A DNA stretch of 64,000 nt, taken from the NCBI GenBank assembly GCA_965178125.1, contig OZ237741.1, positions 1,116,001 to 1,180,000 of the forward strand, written 5' to 3'. Shown here piece by piece: positions 27,573 to 38,650 of this stretch; within the stretch, counting starts at the first letter, position 1, and each line of letters starts with the position of its first letter. The notes under the pieces were generated by a model that saw only the letters and a list, made by a program, of their open reading frames with translations, was not told the DNA's origin and ran no database searches. The position numbers were made by a program, and so were the translations under genes. The stretch is from Bilabrum cf. latius (lineage: Eukaryota).

Positions 27573-27875
27573 CTCTCGCAGTCCATATGAAACCCGTAGT
27601 ATACTACGGGTTTCATATGGACTGCGAGAGTAGAGTATAGGGGATTTTACTTTTGTTAAAAGTAATTACTTTCCATGAATTGTACAAGAGTCGAAATTTC
27701 TGAATGGGTTATTCTGTACGTGCAGAGATGGATCGGGAGAGAGTGTTGCTGGGCGCGAACAGATTCTCCTGCGAGTTGCTGTGGATTCCGCAATTCCTTA
27801 ATGGATATAATTTACTTCTCTAGGGGTTTCAAACGGGCGAGGGGCGGTCGCGGAGCGCACGTGCGCAGCGCGTGG
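27573..27875 (+). repeat. Left terminal inverted repeat, starting with a perfect 58-bp palindrome (27573-27630)
   Basis: CTCTCGCAGTCCATATGAAACCCGTAGTA|TACTACGGGTTTCATATGGACTGCGAGAG; the remainder is an imperfect reverse complement of 55361-55594. Confidence 0.95.
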
Positions 27876-28338
27876 TTCAGGTCCTCGATACCTCTCTTTG
27901 CACCCCTGATTTATGATCTTTCCGCCATGCCCTCCCTTTCCTGCTTAGCACTAGTATGGTTTGATCTCTTACACATGTGTATAATGTTCAAGGATCTAAT
28001 GCTTTGATCCATTCGCCCCTGAATTGGTCGTGAGGCATCAACCGTGAGGCATTGCTCCGTTCCTATGTAGACCGGAGCACTTTCCTTTGTAGATCGGAGG
28101 TGCCTCACCATTTCCTCGTGCCTCTCCTTGCCAATCAAGAGCAACAATTAAACTTCTACCCAGACCATTATATCATTTACTATACTATCCACCTATTGTG
28201 TTGCACCCTGCTCTCTAACCTCTTTCCTTAACGAGTGATACCCCTCGCAAATTTCTCACAACTACAAGTGCAATCTGCAACCTTTACATTTTTACATTTC
28301 ATAAAATTGAAACCTTTTTTCTACCATTATTATAGTAT

Positions 28339-29571
28339 ATGAGTTCTACTAACACACTAGTACAAGAAATCAAAGCATGGCTAGCCACACAGTACCACAA
28401 TCCCAAAACCTTGGGCAACTACCATCGCGAGTGCAACACCGTTCTCCGCTCCCTACTCCAAAAGATTGGATGCAACCCCGATGCCCCTCTATCCCAAGAA
28501 CAAATAGATACCGCCATGAAACAACTCAACAGCACCTATGCTTCGATGCGATGCTACTACGCCCTGCACCACCTAACAGCCTACCTCGGATGCCAAGGCT
28601 GCCAGAGCGAGCGCTTTCACCTGCTATGCAAAACCAAAGGCGAATGGGCGCTCAAGTTTCAATCAGATCGCGAAGAGCAACCCAAAAAGGATCTGCCTCT
28701 CACCCTTTAGCAGGCTCAAGAGCGGTTAGGTGCTGTGGATGCCACTGGGCTCAAGCAGCCCGAGCAGGTGGCACTCTTGTTTCTAACCATACTCTACTAC
28801 ATATCTCCAATCAGACCATCTGCTCTGTGCCAATTAGTTATCAGCACAGATCCATCTTTTCCCAATCGAATCGATCTCGATCGCAAGGTGCTGGTGGTGG
28901 GCAGCGACAAGGGGGTGGTCATTGGCACATCCTAGGAGCGAGATATGCCCATCAACGATCGTGTAGTGGAGATTGCCAGTCTACTATCCGATGATACACC
29001 CTTGTGGGGCAGTGGTTCAAAGAATTTCACCAGTCGGCTTGTAAAACCCTACAGCCTCAAGTGGCTGGAGTGCTACGTTTCACCCCAAGATATCCGCAAG
29101 ATCTGGAGTTCCCAGATGGCACGTGGTTTATCACTCGATCAACGCAAAGCACTGTGCAGTGCCATGGGGCATTCTAAGAAAACCCAAAAAACCTACTATT
29201 AGGAGTACAGAACCAGTGAGGAATAGGAGCATCTAAATGGATGCGATCTACCTGTACTGGGATTGAAATCGCCCAAACCTAAACCCAAGATCAAGATCAA
29301 ACCCAAGCAGATCTCACTACCTATAGTGGAAATAAAATCGCCTGAACCTATACTTAAGCCTATTAAACCTAAACATAACAAACAATCCACTCTACCTGTG
29401 ATCGAGATTGAAAGCGATGAAAAAATGAAAACTCAATCTCCTAACAAACCTACTCCACCTGAACCTTCGGTTCTCTTATCTAAACAAGATGGGTTGTACA
29501 ACCTACAAATCAATTACAAAGGGTTATCTAGAGATCAATACAAAACAATCATGGATTTACTTGAAATTTAA
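28339..29571 (+). CDS. Tyrosine recombinase / possible telomere resolvase (410 aa with TAG=Gln)
   Basis: Four ORF-track fragments in one frame joined by TAG. Catalytic-like motifs SPIRPS (R), SDKG (K), QDIRK (xxxR), MGHSKKTQKTYY (H...Y). Confidence 0.8.
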
Positions 29572-29876
29572 AAGAGTTCCACATTTTGTGTCTCACTTTT
29601 TATTTGGTTTAGTACGGATTTAATACGGAAGTTCTGTGTTCCATGTTTTTTTCACAATCTCTCTCAATATTTCATTTTTCACATTTCTCTCGAATTTTCA
29701 AATTTATCATAATATCTGTGGTTGTCAGAAAAAAGAAGGAAACATGGAACATTTCTTTTAATTTCTTTTAAATTATGGAACATAACTTAGAACAAACTTA
29801 GAACAACTCAAAAAAACTGAGAACACACTTATAATATACTCAAAACAAAATCATTTTAATCTTTGGACTAACTATA

Positions 29877-30617
29877 ATGAAACCGAAACTTCGAGTTTTG
29901 GAATTGTTTTGTGGCACAAAGTCAATCAGCAAAGCACTACACAAACTACTTGGTAATAGAGTCGAGGTTGTCTCACTAGATATCGAACAAAAATATAAAC
30001 CCACCATCTGCACTGATATCATGCAATGGGATTACAAACAAGCGTTCCCTGTGGGATACTTTGATTTTATACACGCATCCCCAGTTTGCCACTATTATAG
30101 TATGGGTAAAAGAATGGTACGGGATAAGAGCAATCTAGAAGCCAACCGGAAAGAATCAGATAAGATGGTGTAGCGAGTGTTGGACATAATTGATTTTTAC
30201 AAACCTTCGGCTTGGACCATGGAAAACCCCTCTACAGGTTGTTTAAAGACACGTGATGTGGTTGCTGGCATACCATACGTTGATGCTTGTTACTGTATGT
30301 ACGGCTATGTGTACTCAAAGAAAACTAGATTCTGGGGCAGTGCCAATCTTATCGATCAACTCCTGCCAAAGCTAAAAGTATGCTGTAAAAGCGATCATTG
30401 TCCACATTCATCAATCACCACCAAAGGTAACCTAAAGCACCATTACTCAATCGCTAGTGGACCATCAAAAGGTTATCGATCTCAAAAAATCATGTGGCAA
30501 ATGATGCGGTAGATTGTTGGAATGCACACTCAAACACCCACTGAAGTCCTGTATACCATACCTCCTGCCTTAACCGAAACCCTAATGAAAACCGTTATCG
30601 ATTTAGTGAATTCTTAA
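29877..30617 (+). CDS. C5 DNA cytosine methyltransferase, short viral type
   Basis: VLELFCGTKS (motif I), ASPVC (IV), MENP (VI), KKTRFW; two TAGs; TAA stop. Confidence 0.75.
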
Positions 30618-30718
30618 AATAATTCCATTTTTTACCTTTAATCCCGTACTAAATTGATACGGATTAAATGCAAAATAATATCTGGCTAGATACTCACACA
30701 GAGAAAATCCTGTTTTCA

Positions 30719-30880
30719 TTATCTAAGCCCAAACTTCTTGCATAATCTCTTGATCTCGGTACGGATCGCTTTGGGAGCACTAGTCTCAGCCCACCACTGG
30801 TTCAAGAAGGTTATCTCTTCGGTGTTTAACTTTCCTTTGGTAGTTTTCTTATCAAACAAGGCACTCTACTCTATTGGCAT
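30719..30880 (-). CDS. Small hypothetical protein (53 aa)
   Basis: ATG to TAA with one TAG; preceded by the conserved AAAyGATTTAAG motif at about -35. Confidence 0.55.
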
Positions 30881-30927
30881 ATACCCTACTATAGACTACC
30901 ATCCTTAAATCGTTTCTAAAAAATCGA

Positions 30928-31218
30928 TTATGTAGTATGCATAATCATCTTGGATAAAAGGCTTTTGTATTCATCCATTGATACCCATTTCATTGGTTTG
31001 CGAATTGGAAAGTATTCCCCCTCTTCTAGCTTATCCACTTTGTAAATCTTATGCAGTGAACTATTTTTATAGTATTTACCCTATTTAATTGATTTTAGAG
31101 TTGCTACACTAATTTTTAACTCAGGATACTTTTCCTTAATCAACTCAACCCCCATCTGAGCATTTCGAACTATGTATTGATCCCCCTTTACACTCAACTT
31201 AAAATTATGATTTACCAT
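30928..31218 (-). CDS. Hypothetical protein (96 aa), paralog of 35377-35679
   Basis: MVNHNFKLSVKGDQYIVRN...KYPE...GKY...YKV...WV; one TAG; conserved upstream motif. Confidence 0.65.
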
Positions 31219-31273
31219 CTTACTATATAATATCAAAAAATGTTTAAATCATTTTCCGAAATTCGATGATGAT

Positions 31274-31546
31274 TCATTTATTTGGTTATGATCAGAAAAA
31301 ACGAAAAAATGTACAGAATAATCGCAAAATGTCAAAAATGAGAGATTTTGAGATTACCGTTACTGAAAAAAAAATTATTGAAAAAAAACTCCTAAGGGCA
31401 ACTCAAAATCTCTAACCAAATATTCCTATCATAAACCAAGTATTTCCTATCATAAAAACTCTAAATTCCTATCATACTTCTGATCATAAAAATTACTTAC
31501 TACCAAATAATCCTATCATAAATCTTATCATAACCAAATAAAATAA
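31274..31546 (+). repeat. Internal inverted repeat, left arm, with CCTATCATA iteron-like units
   Basis: Imperfect reverse complement of 34176-34450; about 6 short repeat units. Confidence 0.9.
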
Positions 31547-31624
31547 TATAACCAGAATTGATTCTACATTATATATTCGATTTTATAAAAATGAATTAAA
31601 ACAATTTCTATGATTATAATATAA

Positions 31625-34174
31625 ATGAATACGATCCAATCTGATTTGATGTTAAAACAATTAGTGCCTTGCGAAACTACAGGATTCAAAGTAAAAACCA
31701 AGATGAAATTTCCAATGGAAAAGGTCGAACTAGTTAAAAAGTACCTCAAGTTTATCATGCCCAAAATCATTCACACCTCAACCAAACAATAGGATGTTCA
31801 AGCACAAACATCTATGGTTGCTAACGCATGTAACTAGTGGCTTTCGGGATCAAAAGATAGTTCGATTCCTCTTACTTTCCATGTTAAAAACAACTTCGGC
31901 AGACTGGTCTCCAAAAAAGTGATAACTCCTGTTCAAATCATTCGTGGCATTCGGCACTATTTGTTTGAAAACCTGTACACCGATCTCGATATTGCCAATG
32001 CACACATCGAGTTTGCTTTCCAATTGTATCCCGTTTTAATGAATGGAGTTGTTCCTAAAGGCATTGAGTACATTGTTAAGAATCGCAAAGCCATCTTTCA
32101 ACCATTCATGGATGAACACAAACTAACCAAGGATCAATGCAAAACTTTCGTATTTACTGTTTGTTATAAAGGTTCACTGGAAAAAACCCTTAGAAAACTT
32201 GGATTTGGTGGAGTTGCCGATCTCAAAAAAAATAGCCGATGGGCATACAATAGAATTTAGGAAGCGGCTTCCGAGTTTGAAACCCTTGCCAAGGCGGTTA
32301 AACAGCACATGGGTGATACTTGGAAAATTGTTCATTGTTCTGATAAATCCATTCAACAAAATAGATAGGATGTGAGCAAGTTTAGCATTGTGATGCAACA
32401 CATTGAACACAAAATCACACTTGTGATTGCCGATTTCTTAAAACGCAAATATAATCTCGATGTTGCGGATTTCCAATTCGATGGTGTGTTTGTTGATAGC
32501 ATAAACCATAAACTAATCGAATCAATTATTCCTGAAATCGAATAGCACATTACCAAAATTACTGGTTTTAAACTCAAATTAACCGTTAAACCAATCGATG
32601 GCACTATGGTTCGAGAAATCGTAGAAAAACTACAAACCGAAATCAGTGATGATTCCCCCGAGTTATTAGAAGGATCTGAAGTGGATAGCGATTTAGAGGC
32701 ATCCGAAGTGTTTTGGAAAATCTACAAGAATCAAGTCGTAATTACCGAATCATCTATCTATTGTCTCGATAAATCCACACATCTCTACCAGCACTACAGC
32801 AAATTCAATAAATTTCACCCTCTTTTTAATATGGTTCAAACCCTACGCTTAACTCGTAACAACAAACCTTACTCAGCCAACAACACGAACGCCAAAAACA
32901 TTGTTGCCACCATTCTGGGAGATACCTCATTAATTGTCAATGATGTTGAATTTATCGATCAGATCAATCAATCCACCAAAGGATTACTGTTTTTTACCGA
33001 TAAAGTATGGAATTTCGCCACTCAAAAATTCGAGGAGTTTGAAAACCGATTTACACTATGTAACACTGGATACCCTGCTCCTATAGATGCATTTAAACAA
33101 CTAAATATTGAAAAGGATAACTACCAATCAATCCAGTACCTCAAGAAAACCATTTTTAACGCCTTCGAAACCCAAGATGAGGTTGATTACAACTTATTTA
33201 TTTTAGCACGAGCTCTTGCCGGACATGTTGAAGATAAATATTTTTCCTGCTGGGTTGGTGAGCGCGATTGTGGTAAAGGTACTTTTATGGATATCATCAA
33301 GTGTGCCATTGGAAACTATGCAAGGGATTCAGTTCCTCCTATTTGCTCTGATGTTTCCAACAGTGATGTTGCCCAACGAAACAGATTTGCTGTTACGAGC
33401 AAGATAAATACTGGTAGATTGTGTTTTACCAATGAAGCAGGGATTGCCAAAAAATCCAATTCAACCATTACCTTGGATGGTGAGGTAATTAAGAGTGTGG
33501 TTGCAAGTGGCGGTGATGTTTTCTAGACTCGTAGAATGTTTGAAAACGAACAATCAATGAAAAACAACTGCACCTTTTTCATGCTGTTTAACTCTTATCC
33601 AAAAGCCAATCCATACGATGCCTTTCAAACTTGTTTGCCTGTTATTTTTCCAAAGAAATTCAGCAAGAAAGATCCGGATGTGGTTGGATAGGAGGATTGC
33701 ATCACAGATCTAAGAGAAAAAATTAGATAGCCTGAAATCTATATTGCGTTCTTATGGTGTTTGTTACACGCTTACAAACCCATTCCGGCACGTAAATATC
33801 CTCGACCAGAATCCTTTTCTAAATCGATAATTGAGGTTGATTCTAAACCCTCTACTCGATTTGAAGTGTTTAAAAAATGCTTTCACAGAGATGAATCATC
33901 CGTCTTGTCTTGGAACGAAATACGGGAAGTATTTGATCAATACATTAAAATCTCTCCATAGGCACTCCGTAAATTCCTAGAAAAACAAAAGTGCTCTATT
34001 CTTAGAACCTCTTACAAAGGTAAAACCCTTAAAATAGTCAAAGGAGTTGAGTTACGGGATCAATCCGAACCACAAGATGAAGAAATACAGAGTTCCGAAC
34101 TCTCACTTAGTTAGTACCAGAAGCTCTTTCCTGATAGTTTTACTGATGATGATAGCGAACAATGTCAAATTTAA
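31625..34174 (+). CDS. TVpol (family A-related primase-polymerase) fused to D5-like SF3 helicase (849 aa)
   Basis: FGRL, YTDLDIANAH (motif A), MQHIE...FQFDG (motif C), Walker A GERDCGKGT, CFTNE. Single frame across many TAGs, ending in TAA. Confidence 0.85.
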
Positions 34175-34175
34175 T

Positions 34176-34450
34176 TTATTTTTATTTGGTTATGATAAGA
34201 TTTATGATAAGAATATTTGGTTACGAATAAAATTTATGATAGGAATTATGATAGGAAATTAGAGTTTTATGATAGGAAATAATTGGTTTATGATAGGAAT
34301 ATTTGGTCTGGATTTCAAACTGCTCTTAGGAGTATTTTTTTTTTTTAATTTTTTTTTTGAGTAGCGCTAATCTCAAAATCTCAGTTTTTTGACATTTTGC
34401 GATTATTCTGAACATTTTTCATTTTTTTCTGATCATAACCAAATAAATGA
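34176..34450 (-). repeat. Internal inverted repeat, right arm
   Basis: TATGATAGG/TATGATAAG units; mirrors 31274-31546. Confidence 0.9.
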
Positions 34451-34479
34451 AAATGAAATCATCTGATGTTGTTTTTTAA

Positions 34480-34743
34480 ATGACAGACAAACAACAGTTA
34501 GATACATTCAACAAATACTTTCAACCCTCGTTATCATCCGTTCTAATTTGGAGCGAGGTGCGAGAGAGGTTTAAACAAGAGATGCAAATCTCACCAATGA
34601 AACTACGTAAATTCCTAGTAAAGCAAGGATATCAAGTTCTCAGAGCCAGATATGAAGGTAAAATTACAAAGGTAGTTAGAGGAATTGAAATAAGGAAACT
34701 AAATTTAAATAACTATTCATAGTTATGGCTCATGGCTTTTTAA
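34480..34743 (+). CDS. Stand-alone copy of the helicase C-terminal (putative DNA-binding) domain
   Basis: SSVLIWSEVRERF...ISPMKLRKFL...YEGKITKVVRGIEIR aligns with helicase SSVLSWNEIREVF...ISP*ALRKFL...YKGKTLKIVKGVELR. Confidence 0.75.
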
Positions 34744-34802
34744 ACTGGATATCATTTAAAAAAGAAATCATTTAAGATTAATTTGTTTATTATAATATAT
34801 AT

Positions 34803-35312
34803 ATGGAAAGAAGCGACTCCGATGAATCAATTCCAGAGGATTTCGATACACGATTAACTATTCAAAACAAAAATTGTTTGCTAGAAGCTGTTTCTGCTAA
34901 TCTGATATTTGAAATCGATAAATCAGCAGTTCATCGCATCGGCACTCTATACAACGAACGTGTTGATGAAGGTACTGTACCAACTGGAATCCATTGGTCA
35001 CCATTGTTGGTTCATGTTACAACTCTTGAAAATAAATATGAGAGTAAACTCCTCCCTTATCCAGATGATTTACTTGATAAAATTGTCTATCCTGAAAAAT
35101 AGATCAGGCTTAAATCATTCGATACCCTAAAATCATTCGATAGCAATAAGGAAGGCGGATTTACCACACGTTACTTACTCGATTGTATTCTGGAACTCGA
35201 ACAAGAGGCTAGATTGCAATCCAAATGGTTTGGTGGTGTTGATATCCATCATCAGTATTTTGAAGGATTGTCTCCTAGAAATGGATACTGGTACGTTAAT
35301 TGGGGATCATGA
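34803..35312 (+). CDS. Hypothetical protein (169 aa) ending HHQYFEGL...WGS
   Basis: Open through one TAG to TGA; conserved upstream motif. Confidence 0.7.
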
Positions 35313-35376
35313 CTGAACAACTGGATATCATTTTAAAAGTAAATCATTTAAGATTAATTTGATTTACTTTGTATAT

Positions 35377-35679
35377 ATGGCGAAAGGAACTCATAACATT
35401 ATTTTAACAGTAACGGATTTGCAAGGTGATTAGCATACATATTTGGTTTACAATATCAATAAGGCTATAGAATTGCTAGAGCAACAGTATCCAGATGTGC
35501 TAAAACAACATCCCGTATCTCGATTAATTTTAAACCAACTTAAGTTGGGCAAATACCCTCATTCAATCACTAATTACAAAGTTGAACAGCGACCTGAGTA
35601 TTTAGCAACTTTACCCAAAGCAATCGATTGGGTGCCTTTACATAAACAAAACGTGTTTGTGCCAATTAAATCTAATTAA
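35377..35679 (+). CDS. Hypothetical protein (100 aa), paralog of 30928-31218
   Basis: GD*HTYLVYN aligns with the paralog's GDQ-YIVRN. Confidence 0.7.
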
Positions 35680-35734
35680 TCTTAAATCATTTCATTGGTA
35701 AATGATTTAAGATTAAAATGTTATATAGTTATAT

Positions 35735-36570
35735 ATGGGATACAATATAACGATTTATGAAAACAAAACAGGTACAAAGATGAAAGGAATGTATTTGAGA
35801 GACACTGTGTATTGATGCCAGAGTGTACGCGCAACCTAGTCTCGTTAACAATCAGACATGGCAAGACCTGACAAAGCTGTGCCTGTGCGCGACCCTTGAC
35901 CGGACTGACCGGGGCTGGGAAGAGCACGTGCACTACTCCGCCGAGGAGGAGGGGGTTGGGAGGGTGGGCAAAAATTACCCAATCTCCGCCCCTCTCCTGA
36001 ACACAGAGAGGGTATGCGCGTCATCGCAAGCAATCCGTTGGCTTGGTCGCACCTTCCCGGTCGCAACCGCCATCGGAACCCAACGAGACGTTCACGCGCT
36101 CCCACTCTGGCATCAACACCGAACCCCATCCGGCGTTAGGATCAGAAACTTTGATCACAATATTCATGGATGAGTGTGATGGAGTTGGATGGCATGGATA
36201 TCCGGATGTTGGAAGGAGGGTATCGTGCCGAAAACTAAAGATGTTTTCAGAGCAACTAGAAACACTGAAAGAGTATATTGATCAAAACAAAAGTTACATA
36301 AAGCCCTGGATTGAGAAACCAAAGTATAGTTGTATAACACCGTTACCAGAAATGAGTGAGGATGAATATGAAAGACGTGTAGAAGAGGATTTAGAAAATC
36401 AGTGGCAAGATAAAATAGATAGTTACAGCGATCAATTCAAAACATTTGGAACGTTTATACAATCAGTAGCAGATACTGATCACTTTTTTGAGGTACATTC
36501 AGAACGCTAGAAACATGCAAAAGATCCTTGTAGTGTCATAGTAAGAATTAGGAAGAACTTAAGGTTATAA
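35735..36570 (+). CDS. Hypothetical gene interrupted by a GC-rich intervening sequence
   Basis: Promoter motif plus ATG at 35735; AT-rich coding resumes at about 36139 and runs to TAA 36570. Removing the insert restores the frame. Confidence 0.5.
35976..36144. repeat. 169-bp GC-rich repeat, copy 1 (right arm of a ~310-nt fold-back)
   Basis: Appears identical to 46660-46828. Confidence 0.9.
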
Positions 36571-36623
36571 ATATATCATTTCATTGGTAAATGATTTAAG
36601 ATTAAAATGTTATACAATAATAT

Positions 36624-37192
36624 ATGAACAATTTAAAATGTTGTATTTGTTTGAATGAGATAACGGATCATAGGTATTACCATAAAGGGTGTTGTGGAGA
36701 AGGCACTATTTGTAATAGTTGTATGGAAACTATGCCACCGCAGGAAAAATGCCCGACTTGCAGATAGCCGTGGATTGATCTGAACCTGAACCACAACCAC
36801 AACCACAACCAGTTCTGTAGCGGAATCAAACCAATAATGCGTCAACGCAGATAAATTTAACTAAGGAGTTTGTAGATAGAGTGGGATATAGTGAATGGAT
36901 GCGTGAGGAGTTACAACGAAAGGCAGATGAAATGTTATACCAAAATGATTTTAATATATATATTGACCAATTAGAAGCAATATACATTAATACACAAACA
37001 GAACGAGTGCATATTTGTAAGATGCGAGAAGGACCATCAATTGATGGTAGTGATTATCTAGCCATTCTGTACATATTTATACTAAAAAAACAATTGAGAA
37101 CTAGCAATCACCCACGCTATAGTGTTCAACAAGATTGTAGAATCACTTGGCGAGAAATTTACGACAAATACAAATGCATAATTGGCGAATGA
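36624..37192 (+). pseudogene. RING-like zinc finger protein with apparent frameshift near 36775
   Basis: CCIC...H.GCC...CNSC...CPTCR*P; the EPEPQPQP linker and the 36881-37192 ORF continue in another frame (mutation or sequencing error). Confidence 0.6.
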
Positions 37193-37257
37193 TTGGAATT
37201 AATAATAAATCATTTTTTAAATAAATGATTTAAGATTAAAATGATATATTATAATAT

Positions 37258-37638
37258 ATGAGAACATCAGAATCAGAAATAGAAATAAAAATAAAAAAAG
37301 TATATGGATGTCACAGTGAAATATGTACAGGATTATCGGCTATAACAGCCATAAGTTTGTTCATGTATTTTTATGGACAAGATGAATACACAACGACAGT
37401 AAAGGTAGGTATTGGAATATTTGGTTTTTTTTCATATTTATATATTTGTATGAGCATTATGTAGTCAATGTTTAGTGTTCGTGCTATTAATGAAGAAATA
37501 CGACCAGAAATTGAGTTGTTGAAAGAACGACTTCAACAATTAGAATCCTCAGGACCAAGACCGATGACAAATGTTCCAAATCAACCAAACATAATAACTA
37601 TTGGATCAACAGCACCAAGACAACAAGAATCAGTATAA
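37258..37638 (+). CDS. Small protein with two hydrophobic segments (126 aa)
   Basis: Two predicted TM stretches; one TAG; TAA stop. Confidence 0.65.
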
Positions 37639-37660
37639 AAAAATACAAACATTAATTATA

Positions 37661-38257
37661 ATGCAATGTTGTATTTGTTTATAGGATATAAATGATTGGA
37701 AATATGTTCATAATGGATGTTGTAAAGATGGCACGTTTTGTAATGAGTGCCATAATTCTTTGGATACAACCAAGTGTCCAGTTTGTAGACAAGTTAATTC
37801 AGCAACTCAACCAATTCTAAGAACTGATAGCCAATCTGTAAGATTGCATTGGGGTTCAAATTATATATTTATATTAAGGGGGAAGTTACATTCAATTGAT
37901 GATTTGCCATCAATTAGGTGGAATAACACGATATGGCGTGACACAACGATGTGGCATAAGTATGGCAAACTTCACAGAGAAAATGGTCCAGCAGTTATTG
38001 AAAAATGGATACTACTGCATCGTACAACTAAAACATGGTACAAAAATGGTAAACGTCACAGAGACGGTGATCTACCAGCAGAAACTATAAATCATCAAGG
38101 TAATGTATCTAAAAAATGGTTCATAAATGGCAAACTTCACAGAGATGATGGTCCAGCAGTTATTAATTTTCATGGAACACAAACATGGTACAAAAATGGT
38201 GTTAAAGGTAAAATTAAACCAGTGTTCGTGAAAAGAAATACACAAAATGCTAGTTAA
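37661..38257 (+). CDS. RING-like zinc finger + WYKNGKLHR (MORN-variant/YwqK-like) repeat protein
   Basis: MQCCICL*D...CPVCRQ followed by repeats of WxxNGKLHRxxGPA. Confidence 0.8.
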
Positions 38258-38418
38258 TTTGAGTTTGAGTTTCTTACAATAAGAAACCCAGAAACAAATG
38301 ATGTTTTTGCAGAAAACATTGCTCGCTGCTGTGACTAGTGATACTAGGTATCACCTCGGAATCGAACCGAGATTTGCAGAGTGGAACGCAAATTAATTGC
38401 TGTTAGTTTTCTTTGGAT

Positions 38419-38489
38419 TTGGATCATCAGGAATCGAACCTGAATCTCTAGCTTATGAGGCTAGTATGCTACCGTTACAACATAATCCA
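38419..38489 (-). tRNA. tRNA with CAT anticodon (Met)
   Basis: Acceptor TGGATTA/TGATCCA, D region TTGTAACGGTAGCAT (weak stem), anticodon arm CTAGC-CTCATAA-GCTAG, T arm TCAGG-TTCGATT-CCTGA. Confidence 0.8.
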
Positions 38490-38650
38490 ATTGGTGAATT
38501 TAATGAGTAAATACTTAGAATCAATGGATTAACAAACAGGTATTTCCATGGTATTTCCTATACTAGTACGATGAAAACTAATTCAAATTTCGAATGACAA
38601 GGAGGAAACGCTTTTAAGATTCATCGCACAAAGTATATTGAGATATTTCT

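Noticed and set aside
27675-28147. ORFs in or next to the left TIR (27675-28007, 27911-28147) and 54932-55423
   Set aside because: They overlap TIR sequence or lack a good start, and show no motifs.
35812-36144. Hammerhead ribozyme
   Set aside because: No CUGAnGA...GAAA core found on either strand by eye.
38419-38489. Amber suppressor tRNA explaining the recoding
   Set aside because: The anticodon loop reads CT-CAT-AA; the CTA triplets lie in the stem.
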